Positions 25,424-35,078 of a DNA stretch of 64,000 nt are shown in pieces. A program made the position numbers and the translations under genes. Numbering within the stretch: the first letter of the stretch is position 1; each line of letters opens with the position of its first letter. Source of the DNA: an uncultured Actinomycetota bacterium (GTDB lineage Bacteria; Actinomycetota; Actinomycetes; UBA12327); assembly GCA_963850215.1 (NCBI GenBank), contig CAWKKI010000004.1, forward strand, positions 72,682 through 136,681. The letters are read 5' to 3'. Below the pieces are notes generated by a model. That model saw only the letters and a list, made by a program, of their open reading frames with translations. It was not told where the DNA came from and did not search any database.

Positions 25424-26755
25424 ATGGGTTCAGAATTCGGGCGTCGGCTGCGGGCACTCCGCACCGAACAAGGCCTCCAACAGTCGGACTTGGCTGGTCC
25501 GGGTATATCGATTTCCTACGTGTCTATGCTGGAAAACGGCAACCGCGAGCCAACCGAACGGGTCGTGCAACACCTGGCCCAGGTCCTTAAGGTCCAGCCC
25601 CATGAGCTGACCGGACCCGTCCCCGCCGAACGGCTCGACCACGCACAGCGTCTTCAGATCGCGTCTGCCGAGTTCGCGTTGGGCAATGGCGAGGCTCACA
25701 AAGCGGCTAGCGAGTTCGCCTCGCTGGAGCCCACCCTGGGGTTGCCGGCCACGTGGGGGTTGGCTCGGGCCCTTGAAGGAATGGGCGATCTCGAGTTAGC
25801 TCTCAAGACACTCGAGCGTGTGGTGCATCTGGCTACCGAGGCGGGCGACTATCCCCTCTTGATACGAGCACACATCGCGCAGAGCCGGTGCATGGGCGAA
25901 ACTGGTGAGCACTCCGACGCCCTTAAAGCAGCCCTGAGGGCAACGAACACCGCCCACGAGCATGGATTACAGGGCACCGACGAACACGCCCAGGCAATGT
26001 CCACCCTGATCGCTCGCTACTACTGGCTAGGCGACATGACAAACGCGGAAGCGGCCGCGCATGAACTGCTCAAACTCGTCGACGCCGGCTCGTCGTGGAA
26101 GGCGCGCGGCTCGGCCTATTGGAATGCAGCCGGGGTCGCCGAGGCCAGTGGGGATCTCCCTCGAGCAGTTCAGTACGCACAACGCGCCGTGGCGCTGCTC
26201 AGTGAGGGCGACGACGAACGCATGTCGGGCCGCTGCGCCGTGGCGTGCGCATGGTTCTGGATGCGACAAGTCGACGCGACCGATCACCTCACCGAGATCC
26301 AAGCAATGCTTGAGCAAGCCAAACGCAAGTTGTCCCTGAGCGGTACTGAGACCGATCACGCTTACCTCGAAACGGAGCAGGCCCGCGCGGCGCTGCTCGG
26401 TGGAAATCCAGCAGAAGCAATCGAATTCTGCAACAGAGCACTGGATCGGCTCGAAACCAAACCCCGCGCCGAAACTGCTACCACCCTGCTCGTACTAGCG
26501 CAGTCACAGGTCGAAGTCGGCGAACAGGCAGACGCCCTAGCAACAGCGGATCGCCTGGAGATGACGCTGCATAGCCTTCAACACAACCGCAGTGCCGCCA
26601 ACAGTTGGCGAGGTCTCGCGGACCTGTACAAGAGGCTCGGTGCCGACGACGCCGCCTACCGTTCCCTCGAATACGCGCTCAATGCCCACGCCATATCGGT
26701 CAGTCCGACGCCGCAGGAGCGCAAGGCCGAGAGCTTGGCGCAGCCGGACAACTAG
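25424..26755 (+). CDS. XRE-HTH + TPR-like repeat transcriptional regulator (443 aa)
   Basis: ORF track 25313..26755, trimmed to ATG 25424, which has GGAGAGG upstream. The HTH is FGRRLRALRTEQGLQQSDLAGPGISISYVSMLENGNREPTERVVQHLAQVL. The remaining ~370 aa are Ala/Leu-rich helical repeats typical of TPR-like sensors. Confidence 0.8.
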   Translation: MGSEFGRRLRALRTEQGLQQSDLAGPGISISYVSMLENGNREPTERVVQHLAQVLKVQPHELTGPVPAERLDHAQRLQIASAEFALGNGEAHKAASEFASLEPTLGLPATWGLARALEGMGDLELALKTLERVVHLATEAGDYPLLIRAHIAQSRCMGETGEHSDALKAALRATNTAHEHGLQGTDEHAQAMSTLIARYYWLGDMTNAEAAAHELLKLVDAGSSWKARGSAYWNAAGVAEASGDLPRAVQYAQRAVALLSEGDDERMSGRCAVACAWFWMRQVDATDHLTEIQAMLEQAKRKLSLSGTETDHAYLETEQARAALLGGNPAEAIEFCNRALDRLETKPRAETATTLLVLAQSQVEVGEQADALATADRLEMTLHSLQHNRSAANSWRGLADLYKRLGADDAAYRSLEYALNAHAISVSPTPQERKAESLAQPDN

Positions 26756-27137
26756 ATCGCGCACGAGGGCGAGCGAAGTTGAATGGCGACATGGCCGAGC
26801 ACGCAATGCGCCTCGCCCTAGCCGCCTCCACCTGGAGAGATTTGCTGATCTATGGGTTGGCTTCGGGCACTAAAGTGCGCTCAGACCCACACCACCTTCG
26901 CAGCCACCACTGAATGGCTGTCCGAGTTCCGACAGGTGGGTACCGCCGAGCAAGCCGCGCCCTCGCGGCGAGCAATCCGAGCCCACTCATCCGTTGACTC
27001 AAGCCCGAAGGCACTTCACACTTCTAGTGTTGCGTCGTGAGAGCGCTTCCTCACGACATGAAGAACGGTCGCGCTGCTCCTTGGGACGCGCACCGCCAAG
27101 AACTCAGTCCCTCGTGGACACTCCAACTGGGGGACAC

Positions 27138-28672
27138 ATGTCTGATCCGTACGGGCCACCGCCTGCTCCGCAGCCACAACCACCCGCGCTGCCAGTCGTG
27201 CGCCCGATACCTACCGGCACGCCTCTGAAGACTGATACCAATATTCAAGGCAATGTTCTTGCAGCCTTCAACAAGGACTGGCAGACATTCCTCCTTCTTC
27301 AGTGGCCCAACGCTGATCAGGCGCGAGCCTGGCTGACCGCCCTGCTTCCACGCTTGTCGAACAACGCCTCGGTGGCTGCCTTCAACGCGGACTTCAGCGC
27401 AAAAAGACACGCCGGAGGCGGAGATCCCGAGGATCTCGCGGCGCTCTGGGTGAACGTTTCCATCACTGGAGCCGCTCTGGCCATGCTCGCACCCGACGCA
27501 TCCACGGCACTCAACGCATTGCCAGTAGACCCGGGAGTGAATCACTTCACGGCGGGCGCGCCGAACGACGCCGCGGCGGTCGGCGATGTGGGCCCAGCGA
27601 TCCCATGAACTGGCTGTTCGGCAAAGACCCGAACAGCATTCATGCCATCGTCACCATCGCCGCTGATCGGGAGAGCGATCTAGCGGTAGAGATTGCGCAC
27701 CAACGGGAACTAGCGGCCCAGAATGGCCTCGCTGTCATCTTCGAACAAGATGGCGCCACACTCCCCCACGAGTCGGCCGGGCACGAACACTTCGGCTTCA
27801 AAGATGGCATCTCGCAACCGGGCGTCATCGGCTTCGACGATGCCGACCCCGACAACCCAAGTCAGGTCAACGGAAAGCCGGGCACGGAACTTCTGCCCAC
27901 AGGTCTGTTTGTGCTCGGCTACCCGGCGACCACTGACGGCGCGGTGAGCGTGGCCGTACCGAAGTGGATGTGGGACGGCAGCTTTCTTGTTCTCCGCCGG
28001 CTCGCCCAAGACGTCCCAGGCTTCTGGGAGGGCGTTGAGACCGCCAACTCAACCCTTCAACCCGCCGACCGAAGCGATGCAACCGGGATTCCGAACGCGG
28101 ACACGTTGGCCGCGCGCTTGGTCGGTCGCTGGCGCAGCGGGACGCCCACCGATGACTCACCAACAGCCGATCACCTCCTGCCGTCGGGCCCAGGTCTCAA
28201 CGATTTCGACTTCACGAGCGATCTGGACGGGCAGAAGACGCCTCACGCCGCGCACATCCGCAAGGTCTACCCGCGGAAGGGAAACAGCGGCCTGAATGAG
28301 CTTCAGACACAAGCGCGGCGGATCCTGCGCCGTGGCATTCCATTCGGCGAGCCATTCGATCCGTCATCTGGGCGGGGGGAGGGCATCGACGCCGAACGTG
28401 GATTGATCTTCCAGTGCTACCAGGCCAGCATCTTCCAGCAGTTTCTCTTCCTCCAGCAAGCGTGGATCAACAACGCAGCCTTTCCGGAACCGGGTGCAGG
28501 AAACGACGCCCTGATCGGCAACGCGTCACAGGTAACGGTCAACCCAAACGGGGTTGCGCGCTCGCTCAGTCTGGCCGATTTCGTCACCACGCAAGGTGCC
28601 GTGTACGCCCTGACACCCTCGCTTTCGACTCTCGCGCTGCTCGCGTCCAGCGGTGCCCTGCCCGTGACGTAA
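27138..28672 (+). pseudogene. DyP-type peroxidase split into two ORFs (27138..27608 and 27605..28672)
   Basis: The C-terminal ORF carries the DyP hallmark HEHFGFKDGISQPGV. The N-terminal ORF has NIQGNVLAAFNKDWQTFLLLQ, typical of DyP N-termini. The junction ..GDVGPAIP* / MNWLFGKDP would read ..GDVGPSDPMNWLFG.. if one C were added to the CCC run at 27593-27595. The stop and start overlap as ATGA. Confidence 0.75.
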
Positions 28673-28704
28673 TGCGAGCCAGCACATAGGCAGGAAGGTC
28701 CTCC

Positions 28705-29208
28705 ATGCCAGCAGCTCGTGAAGACGCCGTCGAGGTTCTCGCTTTGGTCACCGATGCCGTGCAGGTACTGGACTGGGCGGCCAGCAATGACGCATATGTA
28801 CTCGACGACGAGCTTGAACGCGCACAACGTCTGATGCCGGAATCACTTCTCGGCGCCTACCAAGAGGCATTGGACCAAGCCAGGCAAGAGGCCTTTGCGC
28901 TCGCGATCTTGACTTTGTCCGGAGAGAATCCGACCTTTCCGATCGAAGCCGTTCTTGCCACGCTGCAACTTGCTGGGTGGACCGGCGCACTTCGCGCGTT
29001 CAAGTTACAGGTGCTCGAAGAGAGCGGCCGAAGTGAAGTGCGTCAGGCAACCTCAGGCGGTCGACGAGGAGGTGGCGGCATCCGCGGTCGCGTCTTGGGC
29101 GGCTTTCTTGGCGCACTGAACGCGGCCCTTGACAGCTTGAGCGGAGTCCCCGGTGTGGCCGTCATCAAGGAACTCAAGGACTTCCTCGAGCGTGCGGCCG
29201 AACGCTGA
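28705..29208 (+). CDS. hypothetical protein (167 aa)
   Basis: ORF track only. It starts 33 nt after the DyP stop, is helical/acidic and has a Gly/Arg-rich patch. I recognise no family. Confidence 0.4.
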   Translation: MPAAREDAVEVLALVTDAVQVLDWAASNDAYVLDDELERAQRLMPESLLGAYQEALDQARQEAFALAILTLSGENPTFPIEAVLATLQLAGWTGALRAFKLQVLEESGRSEVRQATSGGRRGGGGIRGRVLGGFLGALNAALDSLSGVPGVAVIKELKDFLERAAER

Positions 29209-29690
29209 CCAAGATCGGACGCAGCAACTCATCAAGCGGTGGCGCGCCGTCCGATAGGTCTGCGTGAGTAATGCAATCCCAAGCGGAGCGCGATCGTCGT
29301 GGGTGTGGTCGCACAGCAAGTCACGAAGAGAGAGGCCCTAGCGCTGGGACTCACACATCTGGAGTTTGCTTTGCTCGTGACGGCGAGCTCGGCATTCGTT
29401 ACACACGCAATCGCGGAGCACTGATAACACGAAGGGGTCGACTGAGGCGAACTTAGAGACAACGACCGTAGGTTCACGGCTCAACCATTCGCCGACTCCA
29501 AGGAGGGCGGGCCGACTCCTGACCGCTGGACCCAACGCGCAATGGACGATTCGCGTTGGGTCTGTTAGCCCAATCGGAGAAGAGATCTTGCGAGAGATCG
29601 CATCCGAGGTGGGAGCAACACTGACACGCATCGAATCGCCTTGACAGGACGCATAGTGAACACGAACCACCTTCAACTCACAATTTGGAT

Positions 29691-30038
29691 CTAGAGGCGA
29701 GAGCAGTCATCGACTGACAGGCCAGCAGGGCCAAGGGCGCGATCGAACGCGGCCGTCCGCGTGGGCTGGCCGGCACCAGCGAAGCGCAACAACGGCCAGT
29801 GGCCCACCGACTTCTCCAAAATCTTGACCGAGGTTGCACACATCGGCCGTTGGTGCTGCACAATCCAGTCAACTCCGCACGGCCGGAACGTCGATTTCAC
29901 CGAACCACCCACGGTTGTGCGGTTAATTTCCTGCAAGCACCCCTGCTCTTGGGCAGTCAGATAGCCGAAGGTGCCAGGCGCCTTGGCCCACAGACGAGTC
30001 AGCCGGTCATTTCGCGATCGTCGATATGGGTCATTCAT
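29691..30038 (-). CDS. third copy of the repeated N-terminal module (divergent or decayed paralogue)
   Basis: ORF track, 115 aa. NDRLTRLWAKAPGTFGYLTAQEQGCLQE matches 146..565. At DNA level, atagccgaaggtgccaggcgccttggcccaca (29961..) versus gtagccgaaggtgcctggggctttggcccaca (478..) is ~85% identical. Similarity is lost after the module. Confidence 0.4.
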   Translation of the reverse strand: MNDPYRRSRNDRLTRLWAKAPGTFGYLTAQEQGCLQEINRTTVGGSVKSTFRPCGVDWIVQHQRPMCATSVKILEKSVGHWPLLRFAGAGQPTRTAAFDRALGPAGLSVDDCSRL

Positions 30039-30118
30039 GACACCCTAAGTCTACCCGATTTGATTGAAAATTCAAGCAAAGTTTCACCTGGTTTCGCGAT
30101 GCTGATTTGCTCGGGGCG

Positions 30119-30415
30119 CTAGAGACTGGTCACTCCCTCGCGATCCCTATGGCGCTCATCGATGCGGACGCGACCGGCGTTCCGGGGCTGACACTCCTTC
30201 CCCAAACCATGCCCCAGCCAGAAGCGGATGGCCCGGAATCGCGCTGACACGGCGGTGGCATCAGTCGGCGTTCCCGGTGGTGTGCTGGCGTGTGCCGCGG
30301 TGGGCACTGCAATCGGGGCGACCACTAGGCCCAAGACGGCGACGAGCATGGTGGCCGCGGATCGCCTACGCGACTGCCAGCGAGTTCCGAGCCTGCGTGT
30401 GGTGGCTGGGGGCAT
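30119..30415 (-). CDS. small secreted protein candidate
   Basis: ORF track 30119..30553, trimmed to the Met giving MPPATTRRLGTRWQSRRRSAATMLVAVLGLVVAPIAVPTAAHAS (an Arg-rich n-region plus an AHA cleavage motif). Coding support is weak otherwise. Confidence 0.35.
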   Translation of the reverse strand: MPPATTRRLGTRWQSRRRSAATMLVAVLGLVVAPIAVPTAAHASTPPGTPTDATAVSARFRAIRFWLGHGLGKECQPRNAGRVRIDERHRDREGVTSL

Positions 30416-31306
30416 CTGATGCAAACCTCCCGCTGGGTACAACGCGATCCCCACGCTCCCCGACGTGAAGGCTTCGACCCTTGCGTTAGTGATCAAGTCG
30501 CCGCGCCGTGAAGTCGCCGCGCAGCTCGGTCGATACTGAGTTGTGATCAGCACGGTGTGCGCGCGTTGCGGCGTGTATGGGGCGGGCGGGGAGCCCGGAC
30601 TCTCAGATCACCGACATCGCCCAGTCGATGGTTGACAACCCCAACAGCGTGCTAGCAGGAGCGATCGCTAGCCAGTCGATTGCATCGACCACGTCGTTGA
30701 CGATCGCGACTGACGACACACCGGTCGAGGGTGGCGGCACAACCAACACCGCGTTCCTGGCTGGAAGCTAGCGGACCCAACGCCCTCGCAGCGACCGTGA
30801 GTGCAACCTTCTGGCTCGAAACGGTGACGGCACCCACCGAGTTCCTGCAACTGCAGTACTCCCAGACGGTATTACTCAACTTCAACGGCTTGAGCTGGCC
30901 ACACGTAACCGTCGGGACACTGGCCCTCACGCCGTCCTTCTGAGCGGTGGATCGCGGCAAATCTGTGAGATGCGACCGCTTAGTGATGATCAAAGGGTGA
31001 TGGTTTGGCGATCACGACGCCATCCCTTGACAACCGGCGACAAGGTGGGCAAGAACCACAGTGTCGCCTCAAAGCTGGTGCACGCGGCTGACGGCACCGA
31101 CCGGGGCTCCGAGAGGTCTTGTCAGGGGTTGGACCTACGGTCTGGACATGCGGTGGAGACCAACGTGTGAACACGGAGGAAACAGACGTTCCCACGATAA
31201 CAACTTCTGCAGATATTGCGGTTCGCGCTCGTCCGAGATGCGTCGACGTGCCATCATTCCGACCACTTGGAGGGCGGCTAGGGGCATCTCGGGGGCAGGG
31301 CAGCGC

Positions 31307-33124
31307 ATGATCAACGATCAAGACCAGCAAGCCGCAAGCGCCTTGTTTGATTGGGTGCCGGACGAGCAGATCGCTGCCGTCACGCAGCAGTTCTCCGAAA
31401 TCCTTCCGGAACTGGTCATCGGCATGACCAGGCCACAAGGCACGAATGACAAGCACGTGCTGAAGCGCATAAAGGAGAACCTTGAAGCGCATCACTACCT
31501 CGTCGAGTACGTGCAGGTCGCGGATCTCATAGAACGCGTCGCGGATGAGCTATCCGGGACAGGTCAGGCAAGCAAGTCCCTCAAGGGACATGCACGGATC
31601 ATCCATCTCATGCAGTGGGGTGACGATCTGAGGCAACTCATCGATCCGTCGGTCGCGGCGATGCTCGCAATATTCGACATATATGAACGACGCGGTGAAT
31701 TGACCGCAAAGGCTAAGGAAGAGTCCCGGGTTGGAGTGGCCTACGTCGTTCGCAATTTGATGCATCCCCTCGAGGTATCGTTATTGCGATCGGTCTACAA
31801 GCAACGGTTCTTCCTGGTCGGCGTACAGCAGGACAGCAATGTGCGTATTGAGAATCTCAAGAAAAAGCTCATAGAGGGCGGTGTGGTGCCTCAGGATGCG
31901 GACGAGAAGGCACGAGAGATTCTTACGGTTGACGCAGGTTTCCGGTCCGTAAACGAACAGACATCGTCAGGTGCGTCGCTAAGCATCAACAAGACGTTCC
32001 ACCAGGCCGACGTCTTTGTCCGCGCCGACGAGGTCGCCGATCTTGAGATCGTGACACGCTGGCTCCGCCAGGTGTTCGGGAATCCCTTCGGCACGCCCAC
32101 GCCACCCGAACTGGGCATGGCGGCTGCGTTCCTGGCCGCAAGATCGTCTGCGTCGCTAGGCAGATCCGTCGGTGCAGCGATCGTTGACAAGGGTGGATCG
32201 CTCACCGCTATTGGATGGAATGATGTCGCGAAGCCTCACGGAGGACTGTTCCGAGAAGGCGACAATCCCGATGGCCGCGACCACATCAAGGGCTCCGACC
32301 CGAGCGATGGTCATCGCATCGAGGCTCTAACCGACTTCTTGCGCGCACTCATCGACGAGGATTGGACAGAGGAAGAATGGAAGCTCCTTGGCCCGGATGC
32401 GCGCGTTTGGCTTGAGTCATTGCGAAGGGTCAAGGAAGACGTAGGCCCGGTGGACACCCAGATCGTCCGGCGCCTACCTGTCGTTCGCTCAGTGGCATCG
32501 ACCCGTCTTCTCAATCTCATCGAGTTTGGGCGTTCTGTTCACGCGGAGATGGCCGCTATCACTGACGCCGCCCGGCGAGGCGTCAGTACGCAGGACTGCA
32601 CGCTCTACGTGACTACGTTCCCTTGTCACGAATGCACGCGCAACATCGTCGCGGCCGGCATTACTGCCGTCTACTACGTCGAGCCCTACGCAAAGAGCAT
32701 GGCGTCCGATCTTTACGACGACCTCGTGAAATTCCCGTCTTCGACCGGTGCTGGTTCACAGCAGCGGGTCACTTTCGACGCCTACTCAGGCATCTCCCCG
32801 AAGCGATTCGACGAGGTATTCTCCGCCGTCGCCAGAAAGTACTCGCTTGGTGAAGTGGCTCAAGGGGCTAAGGCGTACCCGGGAGACGCGTTGCCTTGGA
32901 GCGAAACAAGTAGCGCACTTCGCAGCTCCATTCGTGGGTATGTCAACGGTGAGGCTGAAACCGACCCACATTTCGAGGTGGCGAAACGGTTTGCAGAAGA
33001 GAGTGCGATTCGCCAACTGGTGGCCGCGCTGACCGAAGAACGAGCGTCCTTCGAGGTAGCCGAGAAGGAGATCATCCGGTTGCCGGAGAAGGCAGATGTT
33101 GTAAATTCCCACGGCCGGAAATGA
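31307..33124 (+). CDS. anti-phage-type dCTP deaminase (degenerate kinase-like N-domain + cytidine/dCMP deaminase domain)
   Basis: ORF track 31061..33124, trimmed to ATG 31307. The deaminase zinc motifs are SVHAEMAAI and TTFPCHECTRNIVAAGI (HAE ... PCxxC). The N-terminal ELVIGMTRPQGTNDKHVLKRIKENL resembles the degenerate P-loop start that I recall for the defensive DCD family. Confidence 0.75.
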   Translation: MINDQDQQAASALFDWVPDEQIAAVTQQFSEILPELVIGMTRPQGTNDKHVLKRIKENLEAHHYLVEYVQVADLIERVADELSGTGQASKSLKGHARIIHLMQWGDDLRQLIDPSVAAMLAIFDIYERRGELTAKAKEESRVGVAYVVRNLMHPLEVSLLRSVYKQRFFLVGVQQDSNVRIENLKKKLIEGGVVPQDADEKAREILTVDAGFRSVNEQTSSGASLSINKTFHQADVFVRADEVADLEIVTRWLRQVFGNPFGTPTPPELGMAAAFLAARSSASLGRSVGAAIVDKGGSLTAIGWNDVAKPHGGLFREGDNPDGRDHIKGSDPSDGHRIEALTDFLRALIDEDWTEEEWKLLGPDARVWLESLRRVKEDVGPVDTQIVRRLPVVRSVASTRLLNLIEFGRSVHAEMAAITDAARRGVSTQDCTLYVTTFPCHECTRNIVAAGITAVYYVEPYAKSMASDLYDDLVKFPSSTGAGSQQRVTFDAYSGISPKRFDEVFSAVARKYSLGEVAQGAKAYPGDALPWSETSSALRSSIRGYVNGEAETDPHFEVAKRFAEESAIRQLVAALTEERASFEVAEKEIIRLPEKADVVNSHGRK

Positions 33125-33133
33125 GGCGGAGGC

Positions 33134-33394
33134 ATGAGAAAATACCGTAGTAACAAAGGAAAACCAGCTCCGATGAAGAACGACGTAGGCAACCACGAAT
33201 CTGCGGATACCCGTGACTACGTGGTGCTTGTAGGCATCGATGATAGCGACGTCTACGTCATGAGCCGGAACAAGGATGCAGTGCGCAGAGAATTGGTGCG
33301 TCGCGTCGTAAAGCATGAGGTGGCGATCGTGCCACAAGACGTTCGAAGTGCATCCGAACGCCTATTCATCCGTCCGAGCATCGAAAGTTGCTAA
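33134..33394 (+). CDS. small hypothetical protein (86 aa)
   Basis: ORF track. ATG lies 10 nt after the deaminase stop, with GGAGG upstream. I recognise no family. Confidence 0.4.
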   Translation: MRKYRSNKGKPAPMKNDVGNHESADTRDYVVLVGIDDSDVYVMSRNKDAVRRELVRRVVKHEVAIVPQDVRSASERLFIRPSIESC

Positions 33395-33435
33395 ACGGGC
33401 GCATCACACCGGATCTGGCAGCGCTCTTCAGAGTG

Positions 33436-34284
33436 ATGATCGCTTCCCCAGGGGATATGGCTGCCGAGCGAGACGCTACCGAGCAAGTCATTGACTCCTG
33501 GAATCGCCTACACTCCGCCAACCTGAACTCAGTTCTGTTGGCATCTAGGTGGGAGTACGCCGCTCCAGTCATCGAGAATGTCGATGGCCAGCAGATCCTC
33601 AATCGAGATCTGCTCAACCGATCCCACATGCTCGTCGCGCTGTTTGGCGAAAGGATCGGCACGCAAACACCTCGTGCGTTGTCAGGCACCGTCGAGGAAA
33701 TTGATGAAGCCGTCGCCCGTGGCATGGCGGTCCATGTCTTCTTCAGCACCGCGCCTCTGAGCCGAAGCTTCGATCCAGTTCAACTGCGCCGACTCAAGGA
33801 GTACGAGGAGCAACTCAAGGAACGTGGCCTGGTTGGCTATTTCGAGAAGCCATCGGACCTTTCCGAACAAGTCATGCAATGCCTGGTCCGCGATGTCTAC
33901 GTATTCCTCGGCGGAAGTCAGTCAGCCCGCACCGATCCCCGAGGGCTGCTTCGCGTGTCGGCCGCGACTGACTCGATCGGCAGAACCGTCCTCACCGTTC
34001 GCAACGAAGGCACTTCTACTGCAGATGCCGTAGAGGTCGTGGTCCGGTCTGACGCAAGAACGAAGCCATTCACCCTCCTCAATCAGTCCCTGCGCCCTTC
34101 GATCCAACCTGGTGCGAACGTCCATTATGTGTTCAAGGACAAGATTGATCCGAAAGACGTTGTGTGGGTGGACTTGCGCTGGCGTGAGGAAGGCAAAGCC
34201 CGCGACGCTCGACTAAATCTAAGAACCAGTGCCGCAGTACCAAAAGGGGCGCTAGGTACAACCTCTGTGAACGTCGAGTCTTGA
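33436..34284 (+). CDS. DUF4062-like (TIR/deoxyribosyltransferase-like) N-domain protein with a beta-rich C-domain
   Basis: ORF track 33388..34284, trimmed to ATG 33436. MIASPGDMAAERDATEQVI..W..LVALFGERIGT..SGTVEEIDEAV..VHVFF follows the DUF4062 pattern as I recall it (vFiSSp.D...ER......i......W........D....i.g.ryG.....TE.E...A.......ff). Confidence 0.65.
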   Translation: MIASPGDMAAERDATEQVIDSWNRLHSANLNSVLLASRWEYAAPVIENVDGQQILNRDLLNRSHMLVALFGERIGTQTPRALSGTVEEIDEAVARGMAVHVFFSTAPLSRSFDPVQLRRLKEYEEQLKERGLVGYFEKPSDLSEQVMQCLVRDVYVFLGGSQSARTDPRGLLRVSAATDSIGRTVLTVRNEGTSTADAVEVVVRSDARTKPFTLLNQSLRPSIQPGANVHYVFKDKIDPKDVVWVDLRWREEGKARDARLNLRTSAAVPKGALGTTSVNVES

Positions 34285-34347
34285 ACGCGCTCGACGCCTG
34301 ACTCCCACTTGAAACTGTATGTGTCGCTACCGCGAAACAGTGCAAAT

Positions 34348-34992
34348 TCATCTAGCCGTTGGAAGACCTACGACACGATTAAGCAAAGTGCAGTCTGTAA
34401 GCCGCACAAGGTATGGGGGGGCCAGGTCGGCCGTGAATGCAACCCGGTAGCTGGACGGCAGGCTTCCAAGCGCGCACGCAATCCGCCGAACAACCGACGT
34501 AACCTGCGACGCGCCCACCTTCGAGCCGGACCGGAGGTTCTGCACGTGGCAGGCCGCGAACGCTGGACTATTGGCTCCGCCAATTTGCAGCGGGACGTCG
34601 CGCGTACAGACGAGCGCGTAGTGGCTACGGGTCGTTGGGTTGTAGCGACTGGTTACACGGGAATGGACGGGCACTTCATAGGGGGCGCCATCCAGGCCAA
34701 GACCGCCAAGCCAGATTGCAACTTGTGCAGGTGCAACGTCTTTTGCCGACGCACGCGAGAGCATCGGGGTGAACACCACCCGCGGCTGGCACGTTAACTC
34801 AAGCAACGACCCGACCGACGGGCCGATCGCGTTTCCGATTCCCCAGAGGAAGAGTCCTTGATTGGCTTGGCGCTCGGCTTCCTTACGGGCCAGGATCGCA
34901 TCGGCATGCTCCCCCGACTCGTTTCCGTACTTGGTCCAGCAAAACACCTCTGGGATATCTTCGGTAGGACCAATGAACTGGTGATGGCCCAT
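34348..34992 (-). CDS. unrecognised family, paralogue X1 (214 aa)
   Basis: ORF track. By-eye alignment with 36739..37284 over most of the length: CWTKYGNESGEHADAILARKEAERQANQGLFLWGIGN vs LFMKVGTHANEDLSKIIVRKRAEIDAVGFAFWGYGGN; SHYALVC vs SRFALLI; RSGSKVGASQVTSVV vs PSRGKVGTDYIQGRV; APPYLVRL vs IEPYAAFL. Confidence 0.6.
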   Translation of the reverse strand: MGHHQFIGPTEDIPEVFCWTKYGNESGEHADAILARKEAERQANQGLFLWGIGNAIGPSVGSLLELTCQPRVVFTPMLSRASAKDVAPAQVAIWLGGLGLDGAPYEVPVHSRVTSRYNPTTRSHYALVCTRDVPLQIGGANSPAFAACHVQNLRSGSKVGASQVTSVVRRIACALGSLPSSYRVAFTADLAPPYLVRLTDCTLLNRVVGLPTAR

Positions 34993-35078
34993 TTTCTAAC
35001 ACTAGTCGCGCCAACCATGTCCAGCTGGGAGGACTCCCGGCGTGTTCCCTCGGTGACGCTTCTCAGGGAGATCCAACG

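Noticed and set aside
26994-27137. Upstream 48 codons of the DyP N-terminal ORF, and likewise 31061..31306 of the deaminase ORF
   Set aside because: These extensions are Arg-rich and unlike homologue N-termini. Internal ATGs with G-rich SD-like sequences give proteins that begin where family similarity begins.
27138-29208. DyP peroxidase as encapsulin cargo, with 28705..29208 as the shell gene
   Set aside because: The downstream ORF (167 aa) is too short for an encapsulin and has no HK97-fold-like pattern. The DyP C-terminus also lacks a recognisable targeting peptide.
29529-29562. 11-bp stem hairpin GACCCAACGCG..CGCGTTGGGTC as a terminator or small RNA
   Set aside because: There is no convincing U-tract and no adjacent well-supported gene end. 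It is noted but not called.
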